Below, piece by piece: positions 41,758 to 51,198 of a stretch of 64,000 nt of DNA; within the stretch, counting starts at the first letter, position 1, and each line of letters begins with the position of its first letter. The position numbers were made by a program, and so were the translations under genes. The notes under the pieces were generated by a model. That model did no database searches. It saw only the letters and a program-made list of their open reading frames with translations, and had not been told where the DNA came from. This DNA comes from Candidatus Bathyarchaeota archaeon. GTDB lineage: Archaea > Thermoproteota > Bathyarchaeia > Bathyarchaeales > Bathycorpusculaceae. The stretch covers positions 512,001-576,000 of the forward strand of contig OY970176.1 in the NCBI GenBank assembly GCA_963707955.1, written 5' to 3'.

Positions 41758-42803
41758 TAGAAATAACCTCTAACATCCATAGCCTCCGCTACCTCCTCCC
41801 AAACAGCAACACCATTCTCCACTAAATCCTCATGAGACTCAACCCTAAAATCAGGCGACTTCCTATCAACACACAAACACCTAGAACCAAGATAGCGAAC
41901 TTTTACCAACCGACGACCACAATACGGACAAACAGACTTCTTAGCAACATACTTAACCTTCAACTTACGATACGAACAAACACCAAACCAAGTCACAACA
42001 CCAGAACGCTTACGGTCAGTCCTCACCGAAGCATGTGAAAGCTGATACTTAGCTGTGTCAAAAATAGACCTACGCTCCCCCGCAACCCCGCGCCCCTCGT
42101 TGTCCACGGCAACCTTAACTATCCAACCGTCACGCTTGAAACACTCCCTTGTGCGACCCTCAAAACCGTGACACTCAGAACAAAACTGTTTCGTACAAGA
42201 ACGGCAGCGATAACCGCCCGCAACAAAACCTAAGATATGGAAATGAGGGCTGAAGAACCAATACCCCGTCGCCCTATTCAAACGAAAGGCATGGCGAATC
42301 ACGCAACCCCCGATGACGCCACGCCTGCCCAAGGCCTCAAAGAGCAACCTATACAACTCGTCAAGACTCAAACTATAACGCTCGGGCGGAACGGATGCAA
42401 CGATGTGTTCACACTTGCCAAACTGCTTTTCAGCCTCCAACGAACGAAACTCGATACTACGAGCCTCGCGATACAACGAACTCCTAAAGCATATGGGGCA
42501 CGTCAGCTTATGGCAACGATAGAAAACTGGATGCTGATAGACCTGCTCCCGCCATTTCTCACCCTGCAACTGCAGCGGTAGTTCATGCCCTTCGACATTG
42601 AGACAACCCCAACGACCCCGATACTTACCGCAGTTCTCGTTAGTCACAGGCCCATGACCGACGAGTTGGTTAACCCCACAATTACCGTAACTATCATTTA
42701 CAAACTTTTGATACTCTTCATCGTCAAACTCTTCATTATCAGGAAAATCCACATTGGCCAAGGACTGACGGTCAGTCACTAAGAACCCCTCCGTTTGAAG
42801 CAT
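41757..42803 (-). CDS. rep: Rolling-circle replication initiator (HUH endonuclease) with zinc-finger inserts
   Basis: Motif I HIVAS, motif II SPHFHILG, motif III AKYQLSH; several Cys clusters; start may be GTG at 42779. Confidence 0.8.
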   Translation of the reverse strand: MLQTEGFLVTDRQSLANVDFPDNEEFDDEEYQKFVNDSYGNCGVNQLVGHGPVTNENCGKYRGRWGCLNVEGHELPLQLQGEKWREQVYQHPVFYRCHKLTCPICFRSSLYREARSIEFRSLEAEKQFGKCEHIVASVPPERYSLSLDELYRLLFEALGRRGVIGGCVIRHAFRLNRATGYWFFSPHFHILGFVAGGYRCRSCTKQFCSECHGFEGRTRECFKRDGWIVKVAVDNEGRGVAGERRSIFDTAKYQLSHASVRTDRKRSGVVTWFGVCSYRKLKVKYVAKKSVCPYCGRRLVKVRYLGSRCLCVDRKSPDFRVESHEDLVENGVAVWEEVAEAMDVRGYF

Positions 42804-42910
42804 GCACCAAACGGACAGCGATACACACCAATCTCAACAGTCAAAATCGCATGAGCACAGTAAGCACCAACAAAACAGGACGACCCCTGATTCCCCACCC
42901 GCTCAGCCAT
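42779..42910 (-). CDS. 43-aa Cys-containing ORF upstream of Rep (not in ORF track)
   Basis: MAERVGNQGSSCFVGAYCAHAILTVEIGVYRCPFGACFKRRGS; GGAGG upstream; stop overlaps a GTG in the Rep frame. Confidence 0.5.
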   Translation of the reverse strand: MAERVGNQGSSCFVGAYCAHAILTVEIGVYRCPFGACFKRRGS

Positions 42911-43150
42911 TCAAAAAGACCTCCAACGCAATCGGGAAAGGCTAAGAAAACAGCCAATCCCAACGCCCGCGAGCATTACGCGGAATATGCCATGGGCTAA
43001 CGCATCAAGCCTTTCAAACATCAATTGGTATGTTTTAGAGCTTAACACATCAACCACACCATCAAGCTCGCCGTTACCCTAATATAAATCTTGGGACACC
43101 TTAGTCATAGTGCCTTGCTACCCGATTTGCGCCGATAGAGGAATGGAAAC

Positions 43151-43984
43151 ATGAAGAACAGAGACATCACAAAAGACGAAATCAATAGAATAACAGAGGA
43201 ATGTCAACCCCGAGAAAAAGCATTCTTCACTGTCATGAGGCAGTCGGGACTAACACCACACGCTATAAAGCAACTCAAAATAGGAAACTTGGAAAGAATT
43301 ATGTATCCAAATACGCCGATACCATGCAAAGTAAGCATACCGTATGAAAAATCCCCAACTTTCATAGGAGAAGAGGCCACCAAATACCTCAAACAATACT
43401 TAGCAACCAGAACCCGCGCGAGAGAGAACCTGACATCACAAAGTCTACTATTCACGATACAAAATAACCCCAAAAAAGAAATCAACACAAAAGACGAAAG
43501 CAGAGCATTCAGACGAGCCGCACAAAAACTAAAAAAGAAAAGAAAAATCAACTACGAAATCAGAAGAGGAAAACCAAGCGAATTACGGCTTTACAGCCTC
43601 ATAGAATTCTACAAAAAAAACACCAACGACTACCGAAAGGAACTAGACAACGACACCATACGCAAGAACGATGAATTCTGCAGAAACCTATATGAAAAAT
43701 TAGCCATGCCTTCCTTAGAAATCGAACCGCCATCACCAATAGAAATACACCAACTAAGAAAGGAAAATCAAGAGCTGAAAGAACAATTTATAAAATTAGA
43801 AAAATCCATGGGACCAGTAACGGCACTGTATTATGAACTCGCAGGAATGATTCCTGCCACTATGTTTCCAGAATTAGAGCCCGTCCCAACAGAAAATGAG
43901 GACGAGACGCACATAGACCAACAACGACACACCGTAACACACAAAAGCGCGCGCGCTAAACCTAGTAAACCAATCCAACATTAA
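43151..43984 (+). CDS. Catalytically degenerate tyrosine-recombinase-like protein with coiled-coil tail
   Basis: QSGLT in place of SGxR, TFIGEEA..YLKQYL..R, LYSLI in place of HxxR. Confidence 0.65.
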   Translation: MKNRDITKDEINRITEECQPREKAFFTVMRQSGLTPHAIKQLKIGNLERIMYPNTPIPCKVSIPYEKSPTFIGEEATKYLKQYLATRTRARENLTSQSLLFTIQNNPKKEINTKDESRAFRRAAQKLKKKRKINYEIRRGKPSELRLYSLIEFYKKNTNDYRKELDNDTIRKNDEFCRNLYEKLAMPSLEIEPPSPIEIHQLRKENQELKEQFIKLEKSMGPVTALYYELAGMIPATMFPELEPVPTENEDETHIDQQRHTVTHKSARAKPSKPIQH

Positions 43985-44282
43985 AAAGAAACCAAGGTTT
44001 CTTTGCCCGCCAATCATCCTTTGTATGATGAAAAAATTTATTGTCTCGAAGAATCCCAAAGCATCTTGCCCGCCATTCGGCTCTCTCAACATAAATTTTT
44101 CGCTTTTCTCTCCCCTTGAAAAGCGTCTTACATGAAAAAACGACCCCAACGAAATCATGAAGCATCATGAACATAAAGGAACGCAAGAAAATGAAAACAC
44201 TAAAAAGAACCCAACAAGAAATAAGGAATGCCCAACTCTGGGCAGAAATTCAGCTCCCAAAACTTTTAGGAGAAAAGAAAGC

Positions 44283-44696
44283 ATGAACACCAACAAAGAC
44301 ACGACAGAAAACAATGAACAATCAACAACAACAACTAACAATAAAACAACCTCCGTAGAATTACTAAGGTTGAGCGAAGGTTGGTATACTAAACCACTAC
44401 AGCCACCGTTTTCCCGATATAACCACCAAATCGAGACACAAGTGGAAGCTATACGACGACCCCAACCACCTGTCAACTACCTAGACCTCATAATAAACAC
44501 TTGCATCAAAGCAACCAACGAAGGAAAAGCAGAAAACACCATTTCAGCCTTTTTCCACAGACTAAGGCAACTAAGCAGAGAAGCAGACCTAATGAAGTCC
44601 GAAGAAGTGAAGACCGCAATAGCAAAGGCAAAGAACAACAAAACAAAGAAACAAACGAAAAACAACTCAACGCCCGTTGGCTTGTCCCTAAATTAA
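44283..44696 (+). pseudogene. Integrase N-part fused in frame to a truncated Int-C of a related earlier element
   Basis: WYTKPL...AIRRPQP...KATNEGKAENTISAF.HRL..LSR.ADLM is homologous to the 38586 protein but breaks off near 44670. Confidence 0.75.
44378..44463 (-). repeat. tRNA-Pro 5' half (positions 1-33) with a different 50-nt BHB intron (44397-44446); right attachment site
   Basis: GGGGTCGTCGTATAGCT-[intron]-TGGTTTAGTATACCAACCT; central helix ATAG/CTGT with 3-nt bulges CTT and AGT. Confidence 0.82.
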
Positions 44697-44830
44697 CCGC
44701 ACGTGCAATGTTTGACTGCAACATCACACTAACGCATTTTTATAAACCGCAGTTATCTGTTAGTGAAGAGAGGTAGGTTTATGAGATTTTATGCTTGCGC
44801 TAATTTAAAAAGCCAATCGCGGAAAATATC

Positions 44831-45505
44831 ATGAGTTCTCAAATAGACTTGTACCGAGACATCCACAAGGGCCAACGCCGTAGGTTCTTCAACATTGCAA
44901 CTCAAGCGGGAATCCTCGACTACACCGACCCGAAAGCCCTTGATTCACTGTACGATGAACTCTATTCCTTCAGGGAACACATGCGCCTTCACGCTCATTT
45001 GGAAGAGAAATTCATTCACACTGTTCTGTCTCAAAGAGTTCCAGGCGGCGCCACGCAACTTGAAGAGGATCACCGCGTTATTCGTCAAGAATTCGATGAC
45101 CTAATCGCGCATTTCGATGGCATGAGAACCAAACCTGTTGATTTCGAAAAACGTGGAGAGCTCGCCCTCGAATTCTACCGAGCGTGGAGCCGCTTCATTG
45201 CATTCTACTTTATGCACATCAACAGAGAAGAAGAACAGATCATGCCCGTCCTGTGGAAGCTCTGCACAGTCGAAGAGCTTGCTGAAACACATAAATTGAT
45301 GATCACTGACCAAAAACAGGAAGAACTCGTCGAAGACTTCGAGATGATACTTCCAAACGCGAATTTGCAGGAACGAGTTGAGATTCTCGGAACACTTCAA
45401 GTTTTAACGTCACCTGAGGCATACCAAGAGTTCCTCAAGCTTGCGGAACGCATTCTCGAACCAAACGATTGGGCAAATCTGAAGACAGAACTCGGACTTA
45501 CATAG
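44831..45505 (+). CDS. Hemerythrin/HHE domain protein
   Basis: IHKG.R, HAHLEE, EDH, HINREEE..MP. Confidence 0.82.
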   Translation: MSSQIDLYRDIHKGQRRRFFNIATQAGILDYTDPKALDSLYDELYSFREHMRLHAHLEEKFIHTVLSQRVPGGATQLEEDHRVIRQEFDDLIAHFDGMRTKPVDFEKRGELALEFYRAWSRFIAFYFMHINREEEQIMPVLWKLCTVEELAETHKLMITDQKQEELVEDFEMILPNANLQERVEILGTLQVLTSPEAYQEFLKLAERILEPNDWANLKTELGLT

Positions 45506-45582
45506 ATCTGCTTGTATAGCGTGCAGCTTTTCTCATCCGAGCACTATTTAGCGCGCGCCTAACGCTTGCCGTGATGAGAGCA

Positions 45583-46068
45583 TTAAGGTTTGAGCCTATT
45601 CATCATCTCGTTTGCGAAGGCTCTTGCCCGCTCCAATCTTGCTGCATCGGGCTGACCTTGACTGGCTCGCACGGATGCACGGGCTTGTGGATGAATTCGC
45701 ACGAAAGTTTTGACCAGTCGAGAGGCTTGTACTTGGCAGTCAAAAATGCCAATAATATTAGCCCCCACAGCAGCGTCCTTGAATTTCTGAATCCATCCTT
45801 GCAAAGGCGGTGCATCCTCGGGCGCCATGTGAGTGAGAAAGAGCGCTATTGCTTTATCCTCGACATGTGTTTCTAAGAAGGCCTTAGCTTGTCTATTTGG
45901 ACCAGATGCATATATTGGAAACCCTAGAAATGAGAGGTCGTAGCCTTCAAGTGATGTGACGTTTTCGATTCGCCTAATCTCTTTTGGTTTAGGAATCGCA
46001 TCATAAATGGCTTCGGCAACTTTCTTTGTATTTCCAGTCCGAGGCATGTAAGCAACTAAGACTTTCAC
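45583..46068 (-). CDS. Flavodoxin-like protein
   Basis: TGNTKKVAEAI, YDLSFLGFPI, ALFLTH, GQPD...LERARAFA. Confidence 0.85.
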   Translation of the reverse strand: MKVLVAYMPRTGNTKKVAEAIYDAIPKPKEIRRIENVTSLEGYDLSFLGFPIYASGPNRQAKAFLETHVEDKAIALFLTHMAPEDAPPLQGWIQKFKDAAVGANIIGIFDCQVQASRLVKTFVRIHPQARASVRASQGQPDAARLERARAFANEMMNRLKP

Positions 46069-46304
46069 GTATAATTCCCGATGCACTACTGATTGGGCAG
46101 TATTTATAAAGCTAGTAGCGCGCGCCACTACAAAATAACAGCTTACGGATTCGCTAAAGCGCGCGCGCTACCATGATGTGGCACTCGCTTACGCTCGTGC
46201 TCCGCTAAAACGCCTTCCAAAACCAACCAACCACGAAAGCGCGCGCGCTACACACCAAAAAAGGGGAAAGTAGAGGCAACTAAAAAGCCTAACTCGCGCG
46301 CTTA

Positions 46305-46796
46305 TCAGCTTCTCTTCACTAACTCTTTTGCTAAATTTGAGAATGAAAGAAAACCAGAATCTTCATTAAGATTCACTAAGAAACTTGCCGAATACGTCAC
46401 TTCCCAAAACTCATTCTTTTCAAGTTTTCTTTTAAATTCTGCATAAGAAGAGTAGTCTTCATGAAGCGAAACAACCAAGTGCGAAGACTTCAAGCCTAAC
46501 CCTCTTTCAAACATTAGAATATTTGAGAAAGTGCCTAGCGCCCTTCCAAACTCTTTCGAATCAGGTTCCTTAACCATGGCAAGAAAGGTTATAGCCAAGA
46601 TTTCAAACCCTAACTTGCGGAAGTCTGGAATTGCGGTATATTCTCTTATGACCTTTTCTTTTTCGAGTCTAGCCCTTAATCTTGTGACTGTCGGTTGGGA
46701 AACGCCTACAGACCTAGCTAGTTCTCTGTCACTTCTTCGACTGTCCTTCATAAGCTCACTGATTAGTTTTGATTCAACAGTTTTCAACGTAAGCAC
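46305..46796 (-). CDS. Lrp/AsnC family transcriptional regulator
   Basis: SRRSDRELARSVGVSQPTVTR; paralog of 138..635. Confidence 0.88.
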   Translation of the reverse strand: MLTLKTVESKLISELMKDSRRSDRELARSVGVSQPTVTRLRARLEKEKVIREYTAIPDFRKLGFEILAITFLAMVKEPDSKEFGRALGTFSNILMFERGLGLKSSHLVVSLHEDYSSYAEFKRKLEKNEFWEVTYSASFLVNLNEDSGFLSFSNLAKELVKRS

Positions 46797-47060
46797 GTTC
46801 CTAAGATAAACTCTTGAATAGAATATAACATTGTTTTTAAGAATTGTTGCAGAACTACGACGAACTTCAAAATTTATAAAAAAGAAGGGAAAATGGCTAG
46901 AGAGCGAAAACCAAAGGCCAGAAAATAAGGGTTAATACCCAGTTTTACACCGCCAATTGGAATTTCGCCTAGTCAATCAACGTGCCAACATGTTTTCCCT
47001 TGACGACCATCAAAACGTTTTCGATGTTGAACCCTGAATTCTCTCTTCTCATACTTCAAA

Positions 47061-47396
47061 TCAAAGTTCGTCAGCGTCTGTGACTGGCCTAGGGTTTTCT
47101 TCCGCAAAATGTGTGGGTGCCTTTTTACTGATCAAGCGTTTCTGTATAAACTCATAGCCGCACTCACACTTGAACCCGACGGTCTCGTTCTTTATCGTCA
47201 GCAGACTGTTGATGCGTGATGCTTTGCATCCTGTCTCTAGTTTGTGCATCCTCCACGTCAAAGCAAGATCGTCCAGATTCATAGGGTGAAGCGTTTCCGC
47301 TTTAAACATGAACCAAACGGCATATGACACCAAGCCGACCCAGAAAATCAAAGCTAGCCATTCCAGCACTTTTTCACAACCATGCTTGCCACGCAT
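47061..47396 (-). CDS. Single-TM protein with His/Cys motif
   Basis: N-terminal TM, W..H....C...GFKCECGY. Confidence 0.6.
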   Translation of the reverse strand: MRGKHGCEKVLEWLALIFWVGLVSYAVWFMFKAETLHPMNLDDLALTWRMHKLETGCKASRINSLLTIKNETVGFKCECGYEFIQKRLISKKAPTHFAEENPRPVTDADEL

Positions 47397-47619
47397 AATC
47401 TAGATATTTCACCATTACGCACCTGATGTTTAAGACAAGCCTTAGATTAAACAATTGTGAACTAAGCATCATTAGTTCAAATCAAAGATTGCGACGTTAC
47501 ATATTTGGCTCCAAATATGCATGATACATTGAAACCGAGGAGGGGTACCAGACGGCTCTCCACGTTTAGACGCATGCAAAGAAGACTCTGCAGCATCGCG
47601 GACAAAATACAACGTCGAC

Positions 47620-47877
47620 ATGCGAAAAGTCAGGTTTGAACTCGTCCTCGAACTCAAAGCCCTCACCGAACAAGCCCAACAAAAAGCCATCGACACGCAC
47701 GCCTCCAAAGTTGAAACCAAACAAGGCTGGTCCCGCCTAGCAGCCTACATCAGCCAAGTCATCAACGGCATCGGCAAAACCTACGACGAAGCAAAAATAG
47801 ACGCTGACCTCCAAGAACTCAAACCTCATCCAAGAAATCAGCAAAAAAAACAGCAAACCCCAACACAACAACAATAA
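47620..47877 (+). CDS. Small helical hypothetical protein, possibly a mobile-element relic
   Basis: WSRLAAYISQVIN; A/C-rich plus strand like the 38.6-44.4 kb element. Confidence 0.4.
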   Translation: MRKVRFELVLELKALTEQAQQKAIDTHASKVETKQGWSRLAAYISQVINGIGKTYDEAKIDADLQELKPHPRNQQKKQQTPTQQQ

Positions 47878-48040
47878 CAGGCCAGCGTGTTGGCCGTAAC
47901 ACCAGTGGAAGTGGAGATATCTCCCGCAAAACTCTTTATTTCATCTTTTTGGTCAGCGCGTGCTGTATGCCTCGGCGCATTCAAGCCAGGTTATAGAATC
48001 TGTTATAAGTGGTGCCGTTTTGAAGTTTGTCGTGAGGAAA

Positions 48041-49297
48041 ATGGTTGAGCTAAAGAGAACTCTGAATCTTTTGGATGCCACGGCAATTGGCGTCGGGGCG
48101 ATAATCGGTGCGGGAATCTTCGTTGTGCTGGGCATCGCCGTAGGCTATGCTGGGCCGGCGGTTATCGTATCAATGGTCATTGCAGGAACTGTTGCCTTGT
48201 TCACCGCACTCAGCTTCGCTGAACTGGGTTCTGCAATTCCAAAGCAGGGAGGCACATACGAGTTTGCTTACGAACTGATCTCTCCTTTCGTCGCATTTAT
48301 CTCTGGATGCTTGTGGCTTTTCGGCCAGACCGTGGCCGGAGCAGCTGTGAGCTTGGCGTTGGCAAGTTACGTTGTAGCGGTGTTCCCGTTTTTTCCTTTG
48401 AAAGTCATTGCGGTTTCAGCCGCACTGGTTTTCACGGGTTTAAACCTCGTCGGAACGAAGCATTCGGCCATGATCAACAACATTTTGGTTCTAGTGAAAA
48501 TCGTGATCCTCTGTCTGTTTGTTAGTTTCGGAGTTTTTCAAGTGAATTCGCAAAACTATTCACCGTTTGCGCCGTTTGGCATTGTTGGAATCCTTCAGGG
48601 AGCAGGGTTCATTTTCTTTGCATACATAGGTTTCGGAAGGATAGCAGCGCTCGGCGAAGAGGTAAAGAACCCGAGGAGAACGTTGCCGCTGGCCATCTTG
48701 CTTGCCCTGACCACCTCGGTGATTTTGTATGTTGCGACGGGTTTTGTCGCAACAGGTCTGCAAAACTATCGAATTTTGGCAGGGTCGGGGTCGCCACTTG
48801 TTAATGCTGCGAGAGCGACGGGAAACTTCACACTAATAGCGGCTATTTCTTTTGGGGCCATTGTGGCCACTGCGAGTGTTCTTTTGACCAACCTGATCGG
48901 CTTGTCCAGGGTCTCATTTGCGATGGCGAGAAACGGACAGCTTCCAAAGTCTCTGGCAACAATCCACTCTAGACTCGGAACCCCTTATGTTTCAATTCTT
49001 TTGACTGGCGCGCTGATGACTAGCTTGGCCTTTGTTACTGATCTAAGGGAAACTGCGGCAATAACGAGTTTGTCACTTCTGTCCACTCATATCATTCTGC
49101 ACGTTTCAGCGATAAGACTCAGAAAGAAAATGCCGAACTTGAAAAACTTTAGGGCTCCATTTTACCCGTTGATTCCTTCCTTTGGTTTGGTCAGTTGCGT
49201 CATTCTGATGTTTTCACTGCCTATAGAAGCATGGATCGTTTGGGCTGGGTTCGTGATAGCCATCTCAGTCTACTATCTGCTAAGAAACAGACCTTGA
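48041..49297 (+). CDS. APC-family amino acid permease
   Basis: GAIIGAGIF, FFAYIGF, EEVKNP, SRVSFAMARNG. Confidence 0.93.
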   Translation: MVELKRTLNLLDATAIGVGAIIGAGIFVVLGIAVGYAGPAVIVSMVIAGTVALFTALSFAELGSAIPKQGGTYEFAYELISPFVAFISGCLWLFGQTVAGAAVSLALASYVVAVFPFFPLKVIAVSAALVFTGLNLVGTKHSAMINNILVLVKIVILCLFVSFGVFQVNSQNYSPFAPFGIVGILQGAGFIFFAYIGFGRIAALGEEVKNPRRTLPLAILLALTTSVILYVATGFVATGLQNYRILAGSGSPLVNAARATGNFTLIAAISFGAIVATASVLLTNLIGLSRVSFAMARNGQLPKSLATIHSRLGTPYVSILLTGALMTSLAFVTDLRETAAITSLSLLSTHIILHVSAIRLRKKMPNLKNFRAPFYPLIPSFGLVSCVILMFSLPIEAWIVWAGFVIAISVYYLLRNRP

Positions 49298-49597
49298 CGT
49301 GCTTGTGCAGGACGTGCTTGTCTATTTGGTACACCAAGACGAACAGACTCTGATCTGAAGGGAAAAGCTGCAGATCTGGATCAGATACTTCCAAATGAGA
49401 TTCTTCTCCCTTGGGGGTTCAGCGAGAGAGCCCGCGCGCTCTTGACTCATACTTGAACTTGGTCAAACCGTAATCAGCGAAGACGCTGCCGGTTCGTGAA
49501 TGAGGCATTGATGAGAATTTCATTCCACGGTACAGGGAGGCTAGGGTTAAATAAACGTGGGTCCTCACCGATACTCGCTAGGTTCGCGGTGTTCATC

Positions 49598-51034
49598 GTG
49601 AAAGAATATGACTTTATAGTATTAGGCACAGGCTCGGCCATGGAAATAGTCAACGTGCTGATTGAAGATAATCCAAGCGTGAGAGCCGCAATAATAGACA
49701 AGGATGAGCCAGGCGGCATCTGTCTCACCCGTGGTTGCATTCCCTCCAAAATTCTCCTGTACTCTGCAGAATTAGTAAGGACAATAGAAAGAGCCAAGGA
49801 GTTCGGCATATCTACTGATATCAAGAACGTTGATTTTCAGAAAGTCATGCAGAGAATGAGAACACTGATCGACGAGGAAATCAACAATTTGAGGCAAGGG
49901 CTTTTTCATTCCAAGAACCTAGACTACTACAACAGCGTGGCCCAATTTGTCGCGCCCTACACGTTGAAGGTTGGCAACGAAACCATTACCTCAAAAATGA
50001 TTTTTCTATGCTGCGGGTCGAAACCAATTATACCTGCAATAGCCGGTCTCGAAAGCGTACCCTACCTCACAAGCGACACGATCCTCAAGCTTGATCGCCT
50101 CCCTAAGAGCATCGCAATCATCGGTGGCGGGTACATAGCTGCTGAGTACGGCCATTTCCTTTCAGCCATGGGGTCCAAGGTCACGATAATTGGCAGAAAT
50201 CCACAGTTCATTCCGGAGGAAGAGCCAGAAGTGTCCGCCTTGGCCAAGAGAGAACTGCAGAAGCACATGACCGTTATCACGAACCATGAAGTGCGCAGAG
50301 TCGAGAACGCTTCGGCGGGCAGGAGAAGGGTGATTGCAGTTGACAGAGAAACAGGAAAGGAAGCTGAGATATTGACAGACGAGATACTCGTCGCGTCGGG
50401 AAGAGGACCGAACTCGGACATACTACGTCCAGAAAGGGCCGGAATCAAAACCGACGAAAAAGGCTGGATCATCGTTAATGAGTATTTGGAGACATCTCAG
50501 CCTAACGTTTGGGCCTTCGGCGACGCGGACGGCAAATACTTGTTTAAGCACGTGGCAAACTACGAGGCTCTACTCGTATATTTCAACGCTGTACAAAAGA
50601 AGGGCGTCAAAGTCGACTATCACGCCGTCCCACATGCTATCTTCACTTATCCAGAAATCGCATTGGTGGGACTAAAGGAGAAGGAGGCAATAGAAAAGTA
50701 CGGCCAAGAAAACGTTCTGATCGGCTTTCACAGGTATGAAGACACGGCCAAAGGAGAAGCTATGGGCGTGAGAGACTATTTTGTAAAGGTAATACTTGAA
50801 AAAGACACGTTGAAAATCATAGGCGCACACATCATCGGGCCCTCCGCTTCAGTTCTCATCCAGGAGATAGTGAACGTGATGTACACCGATGAACAAACTG
50901 CAGAGCCGCTCATCAAGGCAATGCACATCCACCCGGCGTTAAGCGAGGTTGTGGCGAGAGCCTTCAGTCCGCTCATGACCCCCCAGCTGTACCACCACAC
51001 TATCGAAGAGCACTATGGCCTGTCCATCAAGTAA
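49598..51034 (+). CDS. Pyridine nucleotide-disulfide oxidoreductase (dihydrolipoamide dehydrogenase-like)
   Basis: GGICLTRGCIPSK, GGGYIAAE, HIHPALSE. Confidence 0.9.
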   Translation: MKEYDFIVLGTGSAMEIVNVLIEDNPSVRAAIIDKDEPGGICLTRGCIPSKILLYSAELVRTIERAKEFGISTDIKNVDFQKVMQRMRTLIDEEINNLRQGLFHSKNLDYYNSVAQFVAPYTLKVGNETITSKMIFLCCGSKPIIPAIAGLESVPYLTSDTILKLDRLPKSIAIIGGGYIAAEYGHFLSAMGSKVTIIGRNPQFIPEEEPEVSALAKRELQKHMTVITNHEVRRVENASAGRRRVIAVDRETGKEAEILTDEILVASGRGPNSDILRPERAGIKTDEKGWIIVNEYLETSQPNVWAFGDADGKYLFKHVANYEALLVYFNAVQKKGVKVDYHAVPHAIFTYPEIALVGLKEKEAIEKYGQENVLIGFHRYEDTAKGEAMGVRDYFVKVILEKDTLKIIGAHIIGPSASVLIQEIVNVMYTDEQTAEPLIKAMHIHPALSEVVARAFSPLMTPQLYHHTIEEHYGLSIK

Positions 51035-51198
51035 TGCATCGACGAGCATGCTAACGCTGCCTCACAGTGCCAGCGACCCTCCGTAAGAAGCTCCCCACGG
51101 CACGTGGAAATCCTTCCGAATTCTACAACAACCTTATATGTCCACATTTAATCAATGGCAAACAAGCGGTCGTCTCAAGCTGAAAAGAAGGAGTCGAT

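Larger units (their letters stand above)
38581..44398. mobile_element. Integrated rolling-circle plasmid/virus-like element in tRNA-Pro with split integrase
   Basis: Direct repeat TGGTATACTAAACCACT at 38586-38602 and 44382-44398; integrase C-part at left, short N-part at right; HUH Rep inside; strong A/C strand bias. Confidence 0.82.

Noticed and set aside
41506-42782. Thr/Asn/Gln-rich plus-strand ORFs
   Set aside because: Products of strand bias opposite Rep.
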